A DNA stretch of 50,306 bases, the filler included, from Bipalium vagum (taxonomy: Eukaryota), in assembly GCA_037834085.1 (NCBI GenBank). It is 3 parts of 3 records of this genome, joined end to end, with 100 filler letters (N's around TTAATTAATTAA, not from the genome) between each part and the next. Parts side by side here need not be neighbours in the genome. Positions count along the whole stretch, not along the records: positions 33,891 to 50,306 come from JBBMKC010112119.1; 2 more parts are not named here. One strand, 5' to 3'. Positions within the stretch are counted from its first letter, which is position 1. Every line of letters starts with the position of its first letter. The notes under the pieces are model-generated. The model saw only the letters and a program-made list of their open reading frames with translations, did no database searches and had not been told where the DNA came from. Shown here one piece after another: positions 36,367-48,889 of the stretch. A program made the position numbers and the translations under genes.

Positions 36367-36678
36367 TATTTATATTGCGTTCAATTCACTAAAACGTAGA
36401 GTAAATGTGAAGTGCACTGGTGTACGTGTGTTGAATTGTGCGTGCGCACGTAAACGTACCCCCGTTGATAGTGGTGAGCACTTCAAGTTTCGGTCTAGAA
36501 ATTTAGAATACAAGCTAAGCTCAGTGGTAGCTCTGATTATTATAATTCACATACACCGACCCATCGGTGACATTGATAATGACAATAATCGTAAATATAA
36601 TATAATATAATATTATCATAATAATAACTACTAACATGATGGCATTAGGTCCACGTGTAGTACCGCACCGATGAGTCA
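36367..36678 (-). promoter_or_regulatory. Candidate promoter of the pri-miRNA
   Basis: TATAAATA (minus) at 36367-36374, TACGTG 36423, GCGTG 36440, TGCGCAC 36443, CACGTA 36447, CACGTG 36652 and TGAGTCA 36672, in a CpG-rich patch within AT-rich DNA. Confidence 0.55.
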
Positions 36679-37349
36679 CAGGAAGAAAACAAAAGAAGAC
36701 TAAAACAACTTCAGCTCATCTTTATCGTAGTTTGTATTCTGCAAATTTTGAGTGGGTTTCATAGAATATCTAAAACTTTTTTCAATAATTTTTGCACTTT
36801 TATTTTATTTTATTCGTGTTTATCTCTTATTTCGATTCATTTATCGAGTCTTGTTATTACGTAATGATATCGAATTTCTGTTTTATTTTAAATGTTAAAT
36901 ATATAAAATAATTATTATTATTATATAAATATTTGAATCACACCAATTAATATGATAGAGAAAGCCATTATAAAATTTACCATGATAAATATTTCGGTAA
37001 TCAAAATTGAAACTTGTTCTGGTGATATTTTTTTCTATGGTTTCAAAATATAATATTGTATATTTTATTTATTTATATTATTTATATGTAGTTTTTGAAC
37101 AAAAACAAATTTATGATTTAAAATCTATTAAAATAAATAATTTCTTAACTGATGATTATTGATAAGTAGTTTGAAACATGTTTCAAAAAGATAAAAATAA
37201 AAAAAGATTTTCTTTTCAGTTATGGAAAGAAAAATATATTTGTAATTCTTTGATTTCTAATTGAATTAAAAATATTTATCAAAACTCAATTATATTTAAT
37301 TATTTTTTTATTGATTTACATTAATTCAAAATTGATTTTCCTACTTTCA

Positions 37350-38170
37350 TAAATGCAGCTTCACAAATTCAAAATGAAGGTAAACATATTCAAAATGAGA
37401 GTAAAATCCCGGGATTTTGATCTTTCTATGTCAATATCTTAAACTGATTTTATTGTTAATTTCACTCGTGTTAAAAAGTAATCAATTTTATACTATTATC
37501 AATAGATACACCAAAACAATAAAATTCTTTTCCCATTTTTGACATGAAAAATCCCAGCCAATTAAGATTTGATGAAATGTCTTATCAAACTTTTAAAGGC
37601 TTACGAAAATTATAATATTAATAAATTTTGTATTGATGTGTTTAAGCTTGCACCGTTAGAACTGTGACTTAGTCTAAAATGGAATTGCATGTCTCTTAAT
37701 TGTTTTCAGACTTATTATTAGTTGATGAATCAAAGATTTCACTAAAATTATTTAAAAACCATTTGAATGAGACCAGCTTTGAAAGAATAAAATTAATTAA
37801 CAATCGATTATGCATCAATTATCAACATACAATTTGGAGACAGAGAATAGCACATTTATATAATAATAATTTTTAAGAAAACGTTGATATATACTCGTTC
37901 AGTTTAGACCTACAGATAGAACTCAGGTTGATGCTAATGTTAACAAATTCTGGGAAGAGCATTATGGTGCTTCATAACGAAGTGTAAGCTCTTTTCAAGT
38001 AAATATATTTTAAAAATTAGGATAGTAAATAAGAAAAATATTTTAATAAACTCTTACAAGGAGACTGAGCTCTTTTGATAAATTTCTTGTTGAAAATTAA
38101 GATCCTGAACAAAAAATCTTTGATTTTATTAGAAATACTTCTACAGTTGTTCATCAATATTATTCTTAGG
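37350..38170 (+). pseudogene. Decayed spliced gene of unknown family
   Basis: Exon-like blocks bounded by ag/gt (LLLVDESKISLK..TIWRQRI; FRPTDRTQVDANVNKFWEEHYGAS*), with stops. Confidence 0.3.
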
Positions 38171-38202
38171 TATGGGAATTAACTAATACTGTTAATTAGT
38201 AT

Positions 38203-38330
38203 TACGCTTACAGACGGCTATTTTCCCTAATAGCCATTAGCTCTATCTCCACGCTGAGATAGAGTTAAATCAATGCTAATGGAAACCTGCAGTCCACCCG
38301 AGAACGACTGTCAGAGAATCCATTAGCCTA
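38203..38330 (-). repeat. Structured dispersed repeat, copy B
   Basis: Minus strand CTCTATCTC-AGCGTG-GAGATAGAG, then GGCTATT-AGGGAA-AATAGCC-GTCT..AGCGT, with an extra upstream stem GCTAATGGA/TCCATTAGC. Confidence 0.7.
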
Positions 38331-39455
38331 ATATGTCGAAATCCCCACGAAAAAATCAAAAATAAAGAATTATATGAATCAATCAATAATCAAATAATAT
38401 CAATTAAATCAAAATTTTAATCAAATGTCTAATGAAAATGTCAATATTCTTTATCAATATTCTTTTAATTAACTTTGTACTTTTCAATTAATTTTTTTTG
38501 TTGGGTTTGCCAAGAGAACATTCCTATGAACCCTGATAAAAATTATATGTTAAAGACCGCAAAAGTGTCTAGAATATTTATAATTATTGTAAATTAATTA
38601 TTAAGACCACAAAAGTGTCAGAAGTAAAATAATAATAATAATTATCCGAAAAATAATAATTTTAGTTTAATTAACAAGTACAAAGTTAATTAAAAATAAT
38701 ATAAAAAAATTTTATTTTTTCAAAAAAATGAATTTTATCTTGACAATGGCGACGCTGAATTCTCAAGATTAGTTCCGGGTCTACAAGGAGGGACCGAGTA
38801 ATCATTTTGAATTTGGGAATTTGTAATCGACATTCCCCAGTGATAAAAAAAGAGAATTTACATTCCCAGCAATAAAGTTTGTCTATGATTGACTGATCGT
38901 CTAACCAAAGTGATATTTAAGAAGTTGGAATCCGCAATGGATTGCCACAAAATTCTTCGAAGGAAACTACGTCAGAAGAAATTATTGAACATTATATTTA
39001 TATAATAACATTATATATATAATAATTAGTAGCTTTATTTATTATTTTTTTTCATTGTCATTATTTTATGTCCGAATTAGGGGCTTATTAACAATGCATT
39101 ATTGATAATATGAATAATTGAAAATTGATTGCTACGTCTTAGTCGTATGCGTTCGATCTGAATCCATAATTAAGCCTCATGGCGCTTTATATATGTAAGG
39201 ATTTAATAAAGTTTCCTTTGGCATAATATTTTAAGTATTTCAAACTTTTTAATTTCATTGTTTTGATATTATTTTAAGCTATTTGATTTAAATATAAATA
39301 AAAAATTATTTTACCTTTAAAAATAATTTCATTATCATAATCTAATTTAATTATTTAAAATGAATTTTCATGTTTTACAATATTTCTTTTGTTATAATAA
39401 TAAAATTTCCTGCAACATTTTAAATTATGTAACTTAATTCAATATTCATTTTATC

Positions 39456-41330
39456 ATGGAAAAAGATATTTTACATAATGATTCAGTGTGCCGCACATTT
39501 TCTCAAAACATTAAAAGGCTCATTCATTGGGCACCTTTGATTGCTCTTTTCATAATTTTTTTCATAGCAATAGTAACAACGAACTGTATTATTTATGTCT
39601 ATCATCCTTTCTCGAATTGGATATGCTTCATACATTTTTCCATCTATGTTTTCGAGTTCTATCTTGTTATGTCCAATTATCTGACTGCAAGTTTTGTCGG
39701 TCCAGGATTTGTACCGTTGGAATGGAAACCGGTATGTTGTTTGTAAGATTATTTAAATTATTGGAAAACTTTACAATAGGATATTCAAAGCCATTATGAG
39801 TATCTTCAATTTTGCGATTTATGTGAAGGCTACAAACCACCGAGATCTCATCATTGCCGAAAATGTGATAGGTGTGTCATGAAAATGGATCATCATTGTC
39901 CGTGGATCAACACGTGTTGCGGACATTTGAATCATGGATATTTTGTGTATTTCCTGTTCTTTGCTCCTGTCGGCTGCGTGCATTCAACTTATTTGTTGGC
40001 TATCACATTGTATTACGCGATCTATGTGGTAATTATAGATAATTTTATCAATTTCTGTTTATTAGTTTCAAACTAATTTCAATAATCTTAAACGCTTTTT
40101 TATTCTCTTCACTTTTATCTAATGCACAATACTTTTACTATCACCTTTACGCAGGATTACTTTTTCGCTTACGACGACAGTGTGGTTGTCGTTTTGTCAC
40201 TGACGGAATTTCTGTGTACATTTTTCGCAACCGGCTTAGCTATTGGTGTCGTAATTGCCGTCGGATCACTGTGGGTGATTCAGATGAAAGGTATCATGAA
40301 AAACGAGACAGGTGTGGAAACGTGGATTAAAGAGAAGGTCTTGCAATAGAGTTTTTTGTGTGATGTTAAACTCGTTGTTCAGTCGGAACTTAGGATCCAA
40401 GAAAGTGGCAACGAGGAGAAATTCGTATACCCTTACGATTTGGGTCGTTGGAAAAATCTAAAAGAAATAATGTCTTGGAGTGGAAAAAGCAACGGAGATG
40501 GAATCACGTGGCCTGTGCGAGAAGGTTGCGGCCAATTTGACTTAACTGTAAGTGAATTATCCTGCCAGATGATTCGATCTTGATGATCCTTTGGGAAAAG
40601 TTTATCGATTAGTTGAATATGTTTTGTTAAATCGATATTAACATTAAAATTCGTCGTAATGATTGTTTTGTAAAAATAATTATGATTATAATCACTTCAA
40701 AAATTATTGATTAATTTAAAAATTAATTGTCGATTGTGTTTCAACATTAAATCATGTCTTATTTTTTAAAGATAGAACAAATCCGTCAAAAGAAGGACAA
40801 AGATTTCCATTCTCAAAATTACGAGATCAAAAAGTTCTACAGTGGTTCTCTTGTTCCGTTATTGAGTTTCGGATGCCGAGTGTCTATGGGGTCTCCTTGC
40901 ACGGATGAAAATCGAATCCCCGTGTCTCCGGGCCAAATTGTCAAAGTTACTCGTTGGAGAAAGTTGGTTTCAATGTTTTTCATTATTGATTTTTTCGTTG
41001 TTTGAATTAATTGATAATTCACTTTTGAAAATAATCGAAATTTAGGCACTGGTTGTATGGGCAGATAATTCACCCACCCGACATTAATTCATTCATTTCC
41101 GAGAAACACCGAGTGAAACACGGTACTTTCACTTTTCTATCTATTTTTATTGATTTTTTTAATTTTTAGGTAAACCAAGAGGGTGGTTTCCGGCCATTTG
41201 TGCTCGGCAATCGTTTTCCGATGACAGTGCAAACGTTAATGTGACTCGAAACGGCAAGGCAACGACAGCCACAATGCCCAAGCCCACTGCTCCCTCCTCC
41301 AATACGTCTGGACATGTGAAATGTGACTGA
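39456..41330 (+). CDS. ZDHHC6: Palmitoyltransferase ZDHHC6 (DHHC-CRD and SH3), 433 aa, 7 exons
   Basis: Exons 39456-39731, 39780-40028, 40155-40337, 40383-40547, 40772-40962, 41046-41122 and 41170-41330 total 1302 nt in frame. Motifs HWAP, GPGFVPLEWKP, KMDHHCPWIN, YPYDLG, PCTDENRI, HWLYG, RGWFP. Confidence 0.95.
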
Positions 41331-42405
41331 AACACGTTTCTGATCCCATCATGATTAAAGTTGTTATTTTTGGTGCTTGTGTTTCATTTTTTTATTATTG
41401 ATATCAATTATTATTATTATTGCTTTTATCGATTATTATTAAATTACCAATACTTATTTTTGTGTAAGGTATTAAACTGTCAATATCGATTGTTCATGTT
41501 ATATTTTAATTATATTTTTTCTCGTTTTACTATTTTTCTCAGTTTTCTGGACCACTTGGGAATTGATTATCTCTTTGCGGTTTTTTGGCATATGTACCGT
41601 GTAACCATGGCAATATTAGAGATCGTGGAAATTAAAGAAATTTCTATTTTTCTTTCCCGTTTTATATTTATATATATCAATTAATCGATTATTGTTAATT
41701 CTCGGTTTGGTGCACAAAAGGAGATTCGATTTTCAAATATATTTGAAAATATTATCTATTATTATTATTGTTGTTGATTATTTCTATAATTACCAGTTGG
41801 ATGTTCCGTTTGTTGTTTTAAATGCAAATATTTTTTTAGCACAAAAAAATAAAATCATTTTCCTGTTTGATAAATTGATATTTCTTGTGCTTTAGAGCCC
41901 ACTGTTACCTTTTTGTCAAATAAATATTGGGAAATGTTTTGCTTGAAATATATTTTCGTTGTAGTGTTTAAATTATCTATCTTAAAAAGTGGGGAACGAT
42001 ATTCAATCACCTTGGTTTTATTCTTTGTTATTTAATAAGTGGTTTTATCGATTATCAATAAATTCGAATTTAAAACACAATTTGTGATATACGGATTAAT
42101 AATAACAAAATCGACGAAAATCTTGAATTTGATAACATTCATAAAAGTTTTTGAAGATTTGAAAATTATTTGAATAGGTAATTGAAGTCGTTCGTTTTAA
42201 TTATGTACGGAAATTATTGACAATAGATATGAAGTTGGATGCTTAACTCTTTCAGGCTTGAATTATTGTTAACTGATAAAAAATATCGTTTTACTAATTA
42301 TTAATAAGAAGGAAATGATAAAAACGTATGAAAATTTTAACATTTTTATTTATTTGCACACAGATAGCGATACAGTAAATTATTTCAAATTAGTTTGATA
42401 AGAAA

Positions 42406-42697
42406 TGTTAAGTTCCTAAAAAGTGACTGATTTTAAGTTAAGAAAAATTATAAAATCTTCTTAAATTGAGGTCCTCTGAGCCTAAGGGCGAGAGGATTTT
42501 TCTTAAATAATATTCCTAAATCAATCAAGGTTGATATCAGACCTTTCTAAACTTAAACTATTTTAATCAAAATAAAAATATTTAAGTCAAATTCGTTCTC
42601 TTAGTTATTTTAAACGATTATAAACGAACAAGAAAGCAAGCAACCTTCACACGTTAAGACCTAAATACAATAAGCTCCATCTTTTAGGATCTTAACA
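42406..42697. mobile_element. TG...CA element with about 17-bp imperfect terminal inverted repeats (MITE or solo LTR)
   Basis: TGTTAAGTTCCTAAAAAG ... CTTTTAGGATCTTAACA, with relatives at 19890 and 33927. Confidence 0.65.
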
Positions 42698-44074
42698 TAG
42701 TGATGTAAAAATAAGTAAATTAATCAGACATCAAACACTCGAATTTTGTGACAGATGATAAATAGTGTTTACCATAGTAATGATTTGTAGAAGACAATCT
42801 AAAGATATTAATAGTGAAAAATAATAGGTTTTAAATATTCTTTTGTTTAAAACTTGTCAAATATCAACTTTAGATATTGTTTTGCGTATATAGTTTTACA
42901 TTCAATCAATATAACAAAAAATCTTAATCTGTTGAAGCTTCCTTGAAACTCAATCCGTATTTGTTAAGCGTTTGATCTTTCAAAAATTCAACTTTAATTC
43001 AGCAAAGACGGTATGAACGATGTCTCTTACTGGAAAAATAAAACTAATAAGATATAGAATATATCTATTTGAGAATTAACCTTTATAAAAAAAACTCTAG
43101 TCCTAAAAATTACTTGTACTAAAAATCAAATCAAAATTAAATTCTCAAAAAAAAATAATAATCACAAATATTAAAATAAATGTTTTAAAGATTCACACAA
43201 GAGTTCCAATGTCCCTTGGTATAATCACCACAAATTAATAAAAATAATTACAAAATTTTAATTAAATAAAAATTATTAACTAATTTAATTAATAAAATAA
43301 TTAAAATTTAAATAAATATTTTGATGAAAAATCTTTAAACTATCTAACAAATGAGTAATCAAATGACTAATCAAATAAATATTAATTTTATTGAGAGGTG
43401 TGTGATACGTATTTTCAAAAACTTGCCTTAATATTTTTGAATCAATCAAAATAGTTTTTTAAAGCAGTACTTTTGATTATATGTTTTTTAAATTTAAAAA
43501 TTCAGTTATTTTATTATTAAAAATAACCGAAACCAAATTTTGATGTATGTGATAAGAATTTTATAATTTAAACAGCAATTATTTCTCATTTGAAATCTAA
43601 GTTTTTTAGAAAATTTTAATAAAATAAATAGTAATATTTTTAAAGAGTTACCAGGAAAAAAAATGAATTAAATTAAATTAGAAGATAAATTTAAAATATA
43701 TATATAATTAAGTTTTTTAATTTCAAATCATGCATAATTAAATTATTTAAGAATCTTTGTCAAGAATTTAAAGAATCAAAAGCAATATTTCTAAATATGA
43801 ATATTATCAATTTAATAATTAAAAATAAAATTTCATTTTTATTATGTGGTTAATTTGATTTTATAACATTTTTAGATGATATTAATAAAAATTTACTTAT
43901 TTAATAAAAGATATAAAATTATTTTGACTGATAAATAATAATCATAATAAGTTAAATTAATGATAATAATAATTATAATTAATAATTTTAATAATAATAT
44001 AAATATTTTTAAAATAAAAAAACGAAAAAAATCATTAATAATTTAGCTCCATCGTCGAGCATATAAATTTTGTT

Positions 44075-44215
44075 CTGTCTCGGCGTGGAGACAGCATTGG
44101 AGATCAAGGGCTATTCTAAATAATGGCCATCCGGAATCGTCATTCGAGCGTGGAGATTAGTGATCGTATCCAGTCTTCACGCCTATATAAAAAGACGACT
44201 ATTCCTGGAAAGGCC
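44075..44215 (+). repeat. Structured dispersed repeat, copy C
   Basis: CTGTCTC-GGCGTG-GAGACAG; GGCTATT-CTAAAT-AATGGCC; GCGTGGAGATT/AGTCTTCACGC; then CTATATAAAAAGAC. Confidence 0.7.
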
Positions 44216-47200
44216 ACGAAAAACCAGAGAAGAAAAAAGGAGAAATTATTATTATTGCTGGAAAACAGTTGCCATTTACTCCAGTAACTCATTTTATACC
44301 CAGGTATGATAACAACGGAACAGGATTATACAAGGGGATCCAACGAGCTTGGGAATTCCTAGATGATCTGAAAAGGGCCTAGTGGACGACCCAAGGACTC
44401 CTTGTCGCTCCGAGTGAGGCAATCCTTGATTTTATTTGTTTGTGTTCTTAGTTTTTAGTATTCTTTTGAATTTCATTTACATTAAATATTATTCTTAATC
44501 TTAAGTTATTTTAACGTTCATTTGTGTTAAATTGATTTTCAGACAGGTTATCAGTTTTGTCTTTTTGAGTAGTATTGATTCTTGAGTTGATTGTGATTTT
44601 TGGTGATTCGTGTGAGCAGTTCAGTTTGACATAATAATAAAGTTTTACTGTGATTTTTTTTTCAATTGGGGTGCGGATAAAGTATTATCGTGGGAGTTTT
44701 GATTCAAGTTGAGTTTAGTCGAATTACGAGCACAACATCATTAAAGTGAAGAGTTTCTGACAGACAACCTGATATTACTTTGTTAAAGTAAAATAGTAAC
44801 AAATTCAAATGTATTTATTGTAATAAAAAAATTAAATATTGACAAAATTAGAGAAAATAATCATTTAAAAGGAAAATTTAGAGGAGCTGCTCTTAATAAA
44901 TGCATTATAAATGATAAACCAATTTAAAAACTTTTCATTCCATTTTTCTGAGTTTACAGATTGATTTTCTATTCATCAAATAATTGCTTTTCATAATTAA
45001 ATATTAATTAGAAAATGATAAAAAAGCTGTAAACGGAACAATCACCAATAATTAACACAGGCTGCAAAACATTTAGCAATATAAAGCTGTTGAGCTTACA
45101 GGTAAAACGAAATATCTGTTGCTTATCTATCAAGGGGAAGTTTGGTGGAAGAGTTTGAGGGGTTGTTCGTTCGTGAGATTATTTGCTTACTTTATTTTGT
45201 TAAAAATTCGATAATTAAATTATCTTTTATATTCAATTTATTATTATTTATTTATTTATTATTATATAAATTTGAAATATTTTAGATTAAAGTAATCATT
45301 TAAAACAAAAACCAATCGCTATATCTTTATCAAATATCCACTTTATCAAGATAAAATAAAAATTCACGTGCTTCACATTTGCATAATTTGAGATTACCAA
45401 TTTTAATTTTGCCTACAATAATAAAAAATTATAATTCTATTTTAAAATTTTCTAGTCGATACAAGTTGATGATGAAGCACTTTACGCGAGTGTTCTAGGA
45501 AGACTGATTTGTTCTTATTACACAATACAAAAGCAAACTTGAGCTTTAAAGTTGAGTTTCAAGATTCCAACCCCAACAGCCAGCTTGGAGTCACTGGCTC
45601 TACTAGCATCGCCCATTGATGTAATCATCGTAGTCGTGGATCTAAAGAATACATTTGAACTTCGTAAAGAGCACCTATTAACGAACCCAACTATAGGATT
45701 TTTGAAGTCAGATCCTAAGACGTTTTTGATTAATATAAAACATTAACAATGGACACCAAATTCTGTTATTCTGTTACCCATAATTATCACCATTCTTCAT
45801 ATTTGTCCATTTTTATGTTTAAAAAATCAATTTTCATTAATGATATTCACATCAGATCTAATTTTATAACATTCATTTATTTTAATGATTTTCTTTACTC
45901 ATTTAAAGTTATATCCTTTGGTGCACTAAAAATATTTAGTATTAATTTTACTTGCACTTTAGAGTAACCAAAATTTTTTTTATTTAAACCTGTCTGAAAT
46001 TTATCCCAAATAATTTAATTTTTTACTTTTGAGTATTTTGGAATATTTCATATTGTCACTTGTAATCCTGAAAGAGATCCCGAAAAGTTGATGATTCCAG
46101 CTTGGTGATTTCAAAACCTGTTAATCAATTACGACAATAGCATTTCTCATAGTGCTCGGTTTATTGATGATCAATGCCGTTTTAAAATGATTTTTTAATT
46201 TTTCTTTTTGATTTTTTAAGGATAAATCAGTACTTTCTAAAACGAATCACCACACACAAAATGTGAAGAAAACTAGAAACTGGGTATTTAACAAGTCTTC
46301 ATCGATAATTCAAAATCACTACCGTTTTATTACGATTAATATTTGTTGTATGCAATTAACCAAATTTCTGTCTTCTAACCACTGGGATCAATAAGCAATA
46401 AGTGTATTCAATACTAATGATTGACTTGACGTCAGAAACCCATAATCAACTTTTCTACATTTAGTTGAGTAGCTTTTCACATTTCAATCATTAAAATTAT
46501 ACGTTAAACCTTAGTAAATTAAGTTTGTCTGATCTTCAATCACATGTCCCAATACACGCTTCCTGTCATTAAAGAACTTCAGATTTATGTTTATACCCGC
46601 AAAAAAACTCTAAATCATCTTCCATTTACTTGGATGTTCATCAGTTTGTTCTAATTTTTCCTTAAAATGACTTTCAATTCAGCATACATTTCTGAAAATA
46701 GGAAAGATTATTTCTGGTTGACTCTTCGAATTTACAAGACGAAAGATTAACTGCAATCACCAAAAATTATTTATAAAAACCCAAGAGGGCCAAGAAATTA
46801 GATGAAGATCACACAGCTCTTAACAAATTTTATCATTTCAACAAGTTTTATTCTTCGCAGATCAAAATTTATCTTTAAAATATTTTCGTCATGTTCACTT
46901 ACTAAAAAAAATTTCATTTTTACATTTATTTCGTACAATTTATCATAGAGCTTTTAAAACAAAAATTTCTCTCGACATAAAAGTCAACGAAATACATCAA
47001 AGCTCAGCATGTTTTCAGTGACAAAATAAAGTCAAGTTTGATTTTTGCTCGATTAATAAGAAAAATTAATATTCCCGTTGGATATTATTTCCCCTTCATT
47101 AATCAGATATTTTAACTGCCTTTGCCAAGTTCATAGTAATTTTACGAAAGCATCGCACAATAAAACTTGAAAAAATTAACTTAATCTATATATAATACAA

Positions 47201-47820
47201 ATTCAAAAATATTTTCAATACAATATTAAATAATAATCCGACTTTAATTTAAAATAAATCATGCGTGATTTTTAATATCCTATTCATGAAAATTAGAGAT
47301 ACTTAACCGTTATCTGTATATAGGCATAATAAAAACCATCAACTATCATGAAGACAAATATTTTAATCATTTCTCATTAAATCTTAATAAAATGACGAAA
47401 AAAAATGTATATTTATCAAAATACTAATACTACTACCGGTGGTCTTTTAAAAATACAAATCGATTAAAAAATGACACTTTTAATCAGAAGCAAAACAATC
47501 TTCTTCTGTTCACAATAATAAGATACTCTCACGACAGCGGTCAAAGAAATAAAATCGGTTGACTGATAATTTATAACTGCAAAAGTTACATCAGAAAAGT
47601 CAGAGATTTTCGAACGTTTTTAACATGAATGATAATCGATTATAAATAAGTTCTAATCAATAATTCCACCTCTCAAAATGTAATATATTCAAGAGACAAT
47701 TATGTCCATCGGATGTAGTGTAACATAAAAATACTACAGCCGATTGTAATCAAAATTACAATGAATACAAATCAGACTTTAAACATGAAAAATTTTAGAC
47801 AAATTCAAATAATTTATTTC

Positions 47821-48138
47821 TCATTTCAATTTAATTATCAACCAACAAAGAAAAAAGATCAGAAATCCAAATAAAACCAGATAAATAATCAATTTTGAAG
47901 GATTGTGTTTTGCTAGATGACCTAACTTAGACATTGATATTTTCAGAGCTCCGTCCACTTTATCGATATCATTTATAAATGCCGATTGAAGGAAATTATT
48001 CTGACTTCGTACCTCTTCACCAATATGAATAGATAATGATTTTAAAATACCAGTCTGTTCATGCAACTGATTAATTAATATTTCATTTTGCTCATCCACT
48101 ATATTATTAACACCAGTGCCAAAGTTATTCCTACGCAT
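47821..48138 (-). CDS. BET1: BET1 Qc-SNARE, intronless
   Basis: LKSLSIHIGEEVRSQN SNARE motif and a C-terminal TM segment ending WLIIKLK. Confidence 0.9.
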   Translation of the reverse strand: MRRNNFGTGVNNIVDEQNEILINQLHEQTGILKSLSIHIGEEVRSQNNFLQSAFINDIDKVDGALKISMSKLGHLAKHNPSKLIIYLVLFGFLIFFLCWLIIKLK

Positions 48139-48889
48139 AGATATTTTTCTTTAAAATATTGGAATTTCTTAAAAAAACATAAATGAAAGAAATTATTTCT
48201 GTAAAATTAAATACACGTATATCAGTGCAATAATAAAACAAAATCATTTTACTTAAATTTCATATTACAAAATTAATATTTTTTACTGTAAAAATAATTA
48301 AGAAATGTTATAAAATATTCTGTTTTAAATATAAGTGATCATTCAATAAACTATAAATGAAAGCTAGTAATTTTCTGAAATATTTTTTTGATAAATGAAA
48401 ATTAGTTATAATTAAAAGTTGATTAATAAATTCAATAAAAAATAATCACAATGAATGATTTTAAATATAAATTTTTTTATAAATCAAATATAGATATAAG
48501 AAAAAAATTAATATATAAATGGTATTCAACCACATATTTATTAGATAATTTGATAATTACATTTGCCATCCATTTATTTAATCACATTTAACTTTCTAGA
48601 GGTAAGATTCCTAGTCAGTGACTCTAAATTGAAGAAGGTGAAAGTCGTGGACCTACAGAATTGGTAGTCGTTCTATTTATATGTAGAGACATGACCCTGA
48701 AGACCTATATATTAATAGTGTTGGGCAAGCGACTTCATTGTGACGATGGTAGCACTGGTACAATATATCAATATTAATTAATTAATTATAAAGATCACAG
48801 ATGGGTCTAAAAAAGAAAAATAATTATTATTATAAAAATATAATGATTATTATAATTAACGTAACGGGACGAAATAATACAGAAATTTT

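Noticed and set aside
36436-36458. miR-210-like TTGTGCGTG
   Set aside because: The rest of the sequence does not match, and it is not positioned on a proper hairpin arm.
38230-38330. HDV-like ribozyme (hairpin followed by CTAATGG)
   Set aside because: No P1.1 GG or nested P1/P3 pairing upstream, and the motif is not conserved in the other copies.
38739-38990. LTR end plus PBS (..GACA-ATGGCGAC) and gag relic
   Set aside because: No matching LTR or recognisable gag motif; too weak to call.
41361-41895. Hydrophobic ORFs after ZDHHC6 (also 21210-21934 and 27499-27744)
   Set aside because: T-rich UTR or intergenic composition produces F/L/I-rich frames with no domain signal.
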